A stretch of DNA of 64,000 nt from an uncultured Actinomycetes bacterium (GTDB taxonomy: Bacteria; Actinomycetota; Thermoleophilia; UBA2241). Of the stretch, positions 58,750-64,000 are shown in pieces. Each line of letters starts with the position of its first letter. The first letter of the stretch is position 1. The stretch is from positions 352,001 through 416,000 of the forward strand of contig CAVRZA010000011.1 in assembly GCA_963725665.1 (NCBI GenBank), given 5' to 3'. Made by a program: the position numbers and the translations under genes. Under the pieces are notes generated by a model. That model did not search any database and was not told where the DNA came from. It saw only the letters and a program-made list of their open reading frames with translations.

Positions 58750-60075
58750 GTGACGAACGAGGCTCGTAGGAGGACCGGTGAGGCGGCGCCGCCGGCCGGC
58801 GCGGGGCGAGGCGTGACCTCGCCCCACGCCGGCCGCCGGCCCTTCATCCGGGACCTCTTCTCGCGCGAGCTGCTGCGCTACCTGGGCCCCGGCTTCGTCG
58901 TGACCATCGGCTTCATCGACCCCGGCAACTGGGCGACGAACATCGCCGGCGGCAGTCAGTTCGGCTATCAGCTCCTCTGGGTCATCTCCGCCAGCACGCT
59001 GATGCTGATCTTCCTGCAGCACATGGCGGCGCGGCTGGGCATCGTCACGGGGAGCTCGCTGGCGGTCAACATCCGCCGCCACTTCTCGCGCCCCGTCGTC
59101 TGGCTCCTGGGCGGCACGATCGCGCCTGCTCTTGTGGCCACAAGCTTGGCCGAGATCCTCGGCGGCGCGCTCGGGTTCCAGATCCTGTTCGGCATACCGT
59201 TGTGGATCGGCGCCCCGCTCACGCTCGGGATCGTCGTGCTCACGATCCTCGGGCAACGCTATGAGAGCCTCGAGCGCCTGATCATGGCGTTCCTCGCCTT
59301 CATCGCCGGTGCGTACGTCATCGAGCTCTTCATCGTCAAGCCCGACATGGCGGCAGCGGCCCCGCACTGGGTCATCCCCAGCGTCTCCCTGTCGAGCATC
59401 GTCGTCGCCATGGGGATGCTGGGGGCGATCGTCATGCCGCACAACATCTACCTGCACTCTGACACGATCCAGTCGCGGGAGTGGGACGTGGGAGGGGCCG
59501 ACCAAGCGACCCTGATGCGCTTCGAGCTGATCGACACGACGCTCGCCATGGGCATGGGGTGGCTGGTCAACTCCTCGATGATCCTGGTCGCGGCGGCCGT
59601 CTTCTTCGCCAACGGCGTGACGGTCACCAGCATCACGCAGGCCTCGCAGACTCTGGAGCCGCTTGCCGGCTCCGCGGCGCGGCTCCTGTTCGGCCTTGCC
59701 CTGCTCGTCGCCGGCATCTCCTCGTCGATCACCTCGTCGCTGGCCTCGACCAACGTGGTCACCGGCTACCTGGGCAAGCCCGAGGACCCCCACAGCCGCG
59801 CGTACCGGCTCGGTCTCATCGCGATGGCCATACCGGCTGTGGTGCTGATCGACATCGGCCTGGACGCTTACCGAGCGCTGATCATCAGCCAGGTCGTGCT
59901 GAGCGTGCAGCTCCCGTTCACGATCGTCCCACTCCTTGTGCTCTCGAGGCGGGCATCGGTGATGCGTGACATGCGCATCGGCACGGGCACCATGGTCCTG
60001 GGAACGATGATCGCGGCCATCATCATCGGGCTAAACGTGTACCTTCTGTACGGGACCTTCTTCGGAGGCGGTTAA
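58750..60075 (+). CDS. mntH: Nramp divalent metal transporter
   Basis: GFIDPGNWATN, GAIVMPHNIYLHS, SQVVLSVQLPF motifs. Confidence 0.93.
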   Translation: MTNEARRRTGEAAPPAGAGRGVTSPHAGRRPFIRDLFSRELLRYLGPGFVVTIGFIDPGNWATNIAGGSQFGYQLLWVISASTLMLIFLQHMAARLGIVTGSSLAVNIRRHFSRPVVWLLGGTIAPALVATSLAEILGGALGFQILFGIPLWIGAPLTLGIVVLTILGQRYESLERLIMAFLAFIAGAYVIELFIVKPDMAAAAPHWVIPSVSLSSIVVAMGMLGAIVMPHNIYLHSDTIQSREWDVGGADQATLMRFELIDTTLAMGMGWLVNSSMILVAAAVFFANGVTVTSITQASQTLEPLAGSAARLLFGLALLVAGISSSITSSLASTNVVTGYLGKPEDPHSRAYRLGLIAMAIPAVVLIDIGLDAYRALIISQVVLSVQLPFTIVPLLVLSRRASVMRDMRIGTGTMVLGTMIAAIIIGLNVYLLYGTFFGGG

Positions 60076-60077
60076 CG

Positions 60078-60518
60078 ATGGCTCTCTACCGGCGCATCCT
60101 CGTCCCGCTCGACGGCACCGACGTCGACCATGCCATCCTCGCCCACGTGGCCGAGCTGGCGCGCCTCTGCGGCGCCGAAGTGATCCTGTTGCGCGTGGCG
60201 CACTTCCACACGCGCGACACCATGGTCCACGAGGTCGAGGACGCCGGCGTGCAGCTCGAGCACACCGCCGGCGAGCTGGCGGAGCGCGGGATACAGGTGC
60301 GCACCGTAGTCGGGCGCGGTGAGCCGGTGGACGTGATCATCGAGCAGGCGGTGGAGCTCGACGTCGACCTGATTGCCATGGCGACGCACGGGCACGGCCG
60401 GCTGCCGCGCATGGTCTACGGCAGCGTCGCCGAGAAGGTGCGCCGCAGGACCGATGTACCCCTCTTGCTCGTGAAGGCGATCCTACACGGGGAGAGTCCG
60501 GCGGCCGCGGCGGGCTGA
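60078..60518 (+). CDS. Universal stress protein
   Basis: ILVPLDG, DLIAMATHG, GSVAEKV motifs. Confidence 0.92.
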   Translation: MALYRRILVPLDGTDVDHAILAHVAELARLCGAEVILLRVAHFHTRDTMVHEVEDAGVQLEHTAGELAERGIQVRTVVGRGEPVDVIIEQAVELDVDLIAMATHGHGRLPRMVYGSVAEKVRRRTDVPLLLVKAILHGESPAAAAG

Positions 60519-60526
60519 ACCGACGG

Positions 60527-60577
60527 GCTGGGCGGGGCGGCGGGCCGTACGGCCCGCCGCCCCGCCCAGCTTCTTCC
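60527..60577 (+). terminator. 44-bp perfect palindrome plus pyrimidine tract, terminator of mntH-usp
   Basis: GCTGGGCGGGGCGGCGGGCCGT|ACGGCCCGCCGCCCCGCCCAGC followed by TTCTTCC. Confidence 0.7.
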
Positions 60578-60642
60578 TGGTTTGCGAGCACGCGACAGTG
60601 TCTTTGTGTACAATGCCGCGTCAATCGCCATGGGGGTGAGGA

Positions 60643-62028
60643 TTGCGCCGATTCTGGTCGCGCTGGTACGGCAAACTCGTCGTGATCGGCCTTGTGGCCG
60701 TCATCGTGCTGGTGGTCGCTGCGTTCGCCGCCGCACAGTACACCGAGGACGATGGCTTCTGCGGCACCGCCTGTCACGAGATGAACCCGTATTTCGCCAC
60801 GTGGCAGCAGTCGCAGCACAGCGACGTCAACTGTGTGCGCTGTCACATCCAGCCTGGGACGATCCAGCTCATCAAGGCGAAGACGTCGGCCCTACGCGAG
60901 GTCTGGGTCCACTTCACCGGCCAGGTCAAGGCGCCCATCGCCGTGACGAGGCACATTCCGAACTCGACCTGCCTCTCCTGTCACGCGCCCGGCAAGGGCG
61001 TCGACCCGATCAAGCTCCCCGGCGTCTCCACGGTCGCCTTCTCCCATCGCGCGCACGCCGCGGTGAGCAACTGCATCGACTGCCATTCGCAGGTCGTGCA
61101 CCGCTCGGTGCCGGGCAAGCCCTTCGTCGACCCGAAGACCATGGCGTTCTGCCTGCGCTGCCACGACGACAAGCAGGCGAAAGGGACCTGCGAGCTCTGC
61201 CACACCGCCCCGCACGCCGCCCGTGGGCGCTGCATCGACTGCCATCAGCTCGGCTCGTGGAAGTCGACGTTCAAGCATCCGGTAGCGCTCGGCAAGCCGC
61301 ACCGCGCCTTGATCTGCGAGAAGTGCCACACGCAGGCGCAAGGCACGACGATGGGCTTCCCGGCGGGCTGCGTGAGCTGTCACGGCAACCATCATCACGA
61401 CGCCAAGGCGACGCTCTGCGCCAAGTGCCACGTGCCGAGCTACTTCGTGCCCTCGACGTTCAAGCATCCCAAGACCGGCTGTCAGCGCTGCCACACCTCG
61501 CCTCACCCCGACCGCGGGGCGTGCCTGCGCTGTCACACGCAGCACTCGTGGGCGTCACACTTCCAGCACCCGTTCCCGCTGGCGGGACCCCACTCCTCCT
61601 TCGCCTGCGAGCGCTGCCACACCAACGGCATCAACGCGCCGGGCCGCGACTGCACCGGCTGCCACAAGCCGCCGCATCCCGTCTACGGTTCGTGTCTCAC
61701 CTGCCACAGCATGTCGTCGTGGGCCTCTCACTTCGCGCACCCGATAGCCCTCGGGGCCCACTCATCGTTCGCCTGCTCGCGCTGCCACGTGAACGGCATC
61801 AACTCGGCGCCCATCGGCTGTTCGAGCTGCCACGGCTCGAAGCACGGCGGCCTGACCAATTGCGTCCAGTGTCACACCATGTCGTACTTCGTCCCCTCGA
61901 CGTTCCACCACCCGGCGGCCGGAGAGCACAGCGCCGGATCGTTCGCCTGCACGGCGTGTCACCCCGGCGGCAACTTCGGGCGCGTCTACTGCTCCTGCCA
62001 CGGAGGCAAGCCGCCTTCAGGGGACTGA
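60643..62028 (+). CDS. NapC/NirT-anchored multiheme cytochrome c (18 CxxCH + CX3CH + CXCH)
   Basis: N-terminal TM helix, FCGTACHEM..W..S.H...CVRCH, followed by repeated heme modules. Confidence 0.92.
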   Translation: MRRFWSRWYGKLVVIGLVAVIVLVVAAFAAAQYTEDDGFCGTACHEMNPYFATWQQSQHSDVNCVRCHIQPGTIQLIKAKTSALREVWVHFTGQVKAPIAVTRHIPNSTCLSCHAPGKGVDPIKLPGVSTVAFSHRAHAAVSNCIDCHSQVVHRSVPGKPFVDPKTMAFCLRCHDDKQAKGTCELCHTAPHAARGRCIDCHQLGSWKSTFKHPVALGKPHRALICEKCHTQAQGTTMGFPAGCVSCHGNHHHDAKATLCAKCHVPSYFVPSTFKHPKTGCQRCHTSPHPDRGACLRCHTQHSWASHFQHPFPLAGPHSSFACERCHTNGINAPGRDCTGCHKPPHPVYGSCLTCHSMSSWASHFAHPIALGAHSSFACSRCHVNGINSAPIGCSSCHGSKHGGLTNCVQCHTMSYFVPSTFHHPAAGEHSAGSFACTACHPGGNFGRVYCSCHGGKPPSGD

Positions 62029-62195
62029 CCGTGTTCATGAGGCCGTCGTTGCGCGGGTGACGGCGCTCGTGCCGCGGTTCCCAAGCGCCCCGGGCCTGGG
62101 CTAGACTCCATCGGCGGTCGCCACAAACGCAAAGCGGGTGACGCAGGACGCCCCTGCGTCGGGGCCGCTCGCGGCAGCCGCCGAAAGGAGCTCAG

Positions 62196-63155
62196 GTGGC
62201 AAGGAGGGGCAGGGGGTTCTGGGGGACCAGGCGGAGCAAGCTGCTCATGGGTGCCCTGATCGTCGTCGCGGTCCTCATCGGCAGTTCGTTCGTCGCCGCC
62301 AGGTTCACCGAGAGCAACAGGTTCTGCGGCACAGACTGTCACGAGATGTGGCCCTACCGCGACACGTGGCGAGCCTCCACACATCACACCGTCGACTGCG
62401 TCCAGTGCCACATCCCGCCCGGGCCGGTCAACTTCGCGCTCACCAAGCTCTACGCGTCGCGCGAGCTCTGGGTGCATTTCACGGGGCAGGTCAAGGCGCC
62501 CATCCTGGTCACGCGCCACATCCCGAACTCGGCGTGCGAGCGGTCGGGCTGTCACACGAGCAGTCAGATCGCGCCGCCGGTGAAGTTGGGCACAGCCGCG
62601 CCCGTGACGTTCAAGCACGGCAGCGCCGGGCACGCCAAGAGCAAGTGCGTCGACTGCCACGCCGCGGTCGTCCACGCGGGCGCGCCCGGCGTCGTGAACG
62701 TGCCGCCCAACTCGATGGGCTCCTGCTTCAAGTGTCACACCGACGGGCCGAAGAACTGCGCCTACTGCCACCAGCCGCCGCACGCCGACCGGGGTCCCTG
62801 CCAGAACTGCCACAGTCTCGGCGCGTGGACCGGCGGCAAGAACTTCGCGCATCCGCAGCCTCTCGTCGGCACCCACGCCCAGATCGCCTGCGAGCAGTGC
62901 CACACCAAGGGCGTCTCGGTGCCTCCCGATGGCTGCATCAACTGTCACGGCGACCAGCACAACGGCCTCAAGAACTGCATCCAGTGCCACGTGCTCAAGG
63001 GGTGGATCCCGAGCACGTTCAACCACCCACAGGAGGGGCCGCACGTGCCGGCGGGAGAGGAGCCGCTGCAGTGCGGCGCCTGTCACCAGCAGGGCTTCGG
63101 CCAGCCGGCCGGCTGCCCCTGCCACGGCGGCAACCCGCCGACGGGGGGCGGATGA
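62196..63155 (+). CDS. NapC/NirT-anchored multiheme cytochrome c paralog (9 CxxCH + CX3CH + CX4CH + CXCH)
   Basis: AAAGGAG RBS; shares WVHFTGQVKAPI.VTRHIPNS with the upstream paralog. Confidence 0.92.
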   Translation: MARRGRGFWGTRRSKLLMGALIVVAVLIGSSFVAARFTESNRFCGTDCHEMWPYRDTWRASTHHTVDCVQCHIPPGPVNFALTKLYASRELWVHFTGQVKAPILVTRHIPNSACERSGCHTSSQIAPPVKLGTAAPVTFKHGSAGHAKSKCVDCHAAVVHAGAPGVVNVPPNSMGSCFKCHTDGPKNCAYCHQPPHADRGPCQNCHSLGAWTGGKNFAHPQPLVGTHAQIACEQCHTKGVSVPPDGCINCHGDQHNGLKNCIQCHVLKGWIPSTFNHPQEGPHVPAGEEPLQCGACHQQGFGQPAGCPCHGGNPPTGGG

Positions 63156-63187
63156 TCGTCGTCGTCCTGCCTTGACGGTCGCTGTGC

Positions 63188-63227
63188 GGGGGTGGGGGCG
63201 CCGCGTTGGCGCGGCGCCCCCACCCCC
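63188..63227 (+). terminator. Hairpin after the second cytochrome gene
   Basis: GGGGGTGGGGGCGCCGCG-TTGG-CGCGGCGCCCCCACCCCC. Confidence 0.65.
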
Positions 63228-63245
63228 ACGGATATACTCGTGCTC

Positions 63246-63932
63246 GTGCACCGGCTCGCCCTCTTCGACATCGACTGCACGCTGATCGACGCCCATGGCG
63301 CCGGCGGGCGTGCCATCTTGGGCGCCATCGCGGAGACCTACGGAGTGAGCGGGTCCCTCGAGGGTTACACGTTCCACGGACGGACCGATCCCGGCATCGT
63401 CGCCGATCTGGCCACGCGCTGGGGTGCGTCGGCAGACGCGGTGCGGGCGGGCCTCGATGCGTGCCTGGCGGCTTACATCCGTCTGCTCGAGGACGAGATG
63501 ACAGCGGGTACGATCGAGGTCCTGGCGGGTGTGCGGGAGCTCGTCACGGCGCTCGTTGAGGATGAGCGCGTGCTCCTGGGGCTGCTCACCGGCAACATAC
63601 AGGCCGGCGCGGCGCTCAAGCTGGCGCCGACCGGCCTCGCGGGCCTCTTCGCGGTCGGGGCCTACGGATCCGATTCCCCCGACCGGCCCGAGCTCCCGGC
63701 CTTCGCCGTCGAACGGGCCCGAGCGCTCACGGGACACCGCTATCGGGGCAAGGAGATCGTCATCATCGGCGACACGCCGTCGGACATCCTGTGCGGCGTC
63801 GACCATGAGGTCAAAGCCATCGGCGTGGCCACCGGGCGGCACAGCGTCGCCGAGCTCGAGGCTCACCATCCGGACTTCGTCTTCCGCGACCTCAGCGACT
63901 GGCGCGCTGTCTACGCGGCGATCCTCACCTGA
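63246..63932 (+). CDS. HAD-family hydrolase
   Basis: LFDIDCTL, GRTD, LLTGN, GAYGSD, IGDTPSD, GVATG motifs. Confidence 0.9.
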   Translation: MHRLALFDIDCTLIDAHGAGGRAILGAIAETYGVSGSLEGYTFHGRTDPGIVADLATRWGASADAVRAGLDACLAAYIRLLEDEMTAGTIEVLAGVRELVTALVEDERVLLGLLTGNIQAGAALKLAPTGLAGLFAVGAYGSDSPDRPELPAFAVERARALTGHRYRGKEIVIIGDTPSDILCGVDHEVKAIGVATGRHSVAELEAHHPDFVFRDLSDWRAVYAAILT

Positions 63933-64000
63933 GCGGCAGGCGGCCGCCGAGCTGATCCTCGCCGGAGGTGGGCGCCCGCCCACGGTAGCCGAGGCGGAAG

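Noticed and set aside
58528-59793. 588-aa ORF apparently extending ArsR
   Set aside because: The extension is antisense to mntH; the real start is ATG 58527, with RBS and operator.
1-64000. CRISPR arrays, rRNA, intact tRNA, transposases or integrases
   Set aside because: None recognised by eye; the GC-rich palindromes are single hairpins, not spaced repeats.

Overview
High-GC bacterial chromosomal DNA. The gene content (MMPL, Ku/LigD, PIG-V-like GT-C, leaderless starts, rubrerythrin, multiheme cytochromes) suggests an Actinomycetota organism, possibly a low-oxygen Thermoleophilia-like lineage; this is inference. Contents in order: (1) a cobalamin riboswitch driving two DUF4430-type surface proteins; (2) an envelope glycosylation cluster interleaved with gnd-pgl-rpiA; (3) an MBL hydrolase, ligD-ku NHEJ, a degenerate GGDEF protein, Nudix, MMPL, two MFS genes (one internally deleted) and an ABC exporter pair (one frameshifted); (4) a ~7 kb accessory patch (28.4-35.8 kb) bracketed by a ~137-bp imperfect direct repeat, holding a decapitated cyclase-ATPase-TPR gene, an HhH-like protein and gene remnants; (5) a trehalose HAD-OtsB/GH65 operon, a pilin-like lipoprotein, cbiQO, and an ECF sigma/anti-sigma pair followed directly by fabZHDGF-accDA; (6) a redox/metal locus with glutaredoxin-DUF302, cysteine dioxygenase, rubrerythrin, a Cys-less redoxin, arsR-cadA plus a glutaredoxin-like gene, mntH-usp, and two NapC/NirT-anchored modular multiheme cytochromes (up to 20 and 12 hemes). 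The strongest leads are the paired membrane-anchored heme-wire cytochromes with a shared C-terminal CXCH motif, and a predicted C-terminal selenocysteine (U-G-I-stop plus a SECIS-like hairpin) on the glutaredoxin coupled to the heavy-metal pump. Several apparent 1-nt frameshifts may be assembly indels. All family assignments come from motif recognition by eye; no searches were run.
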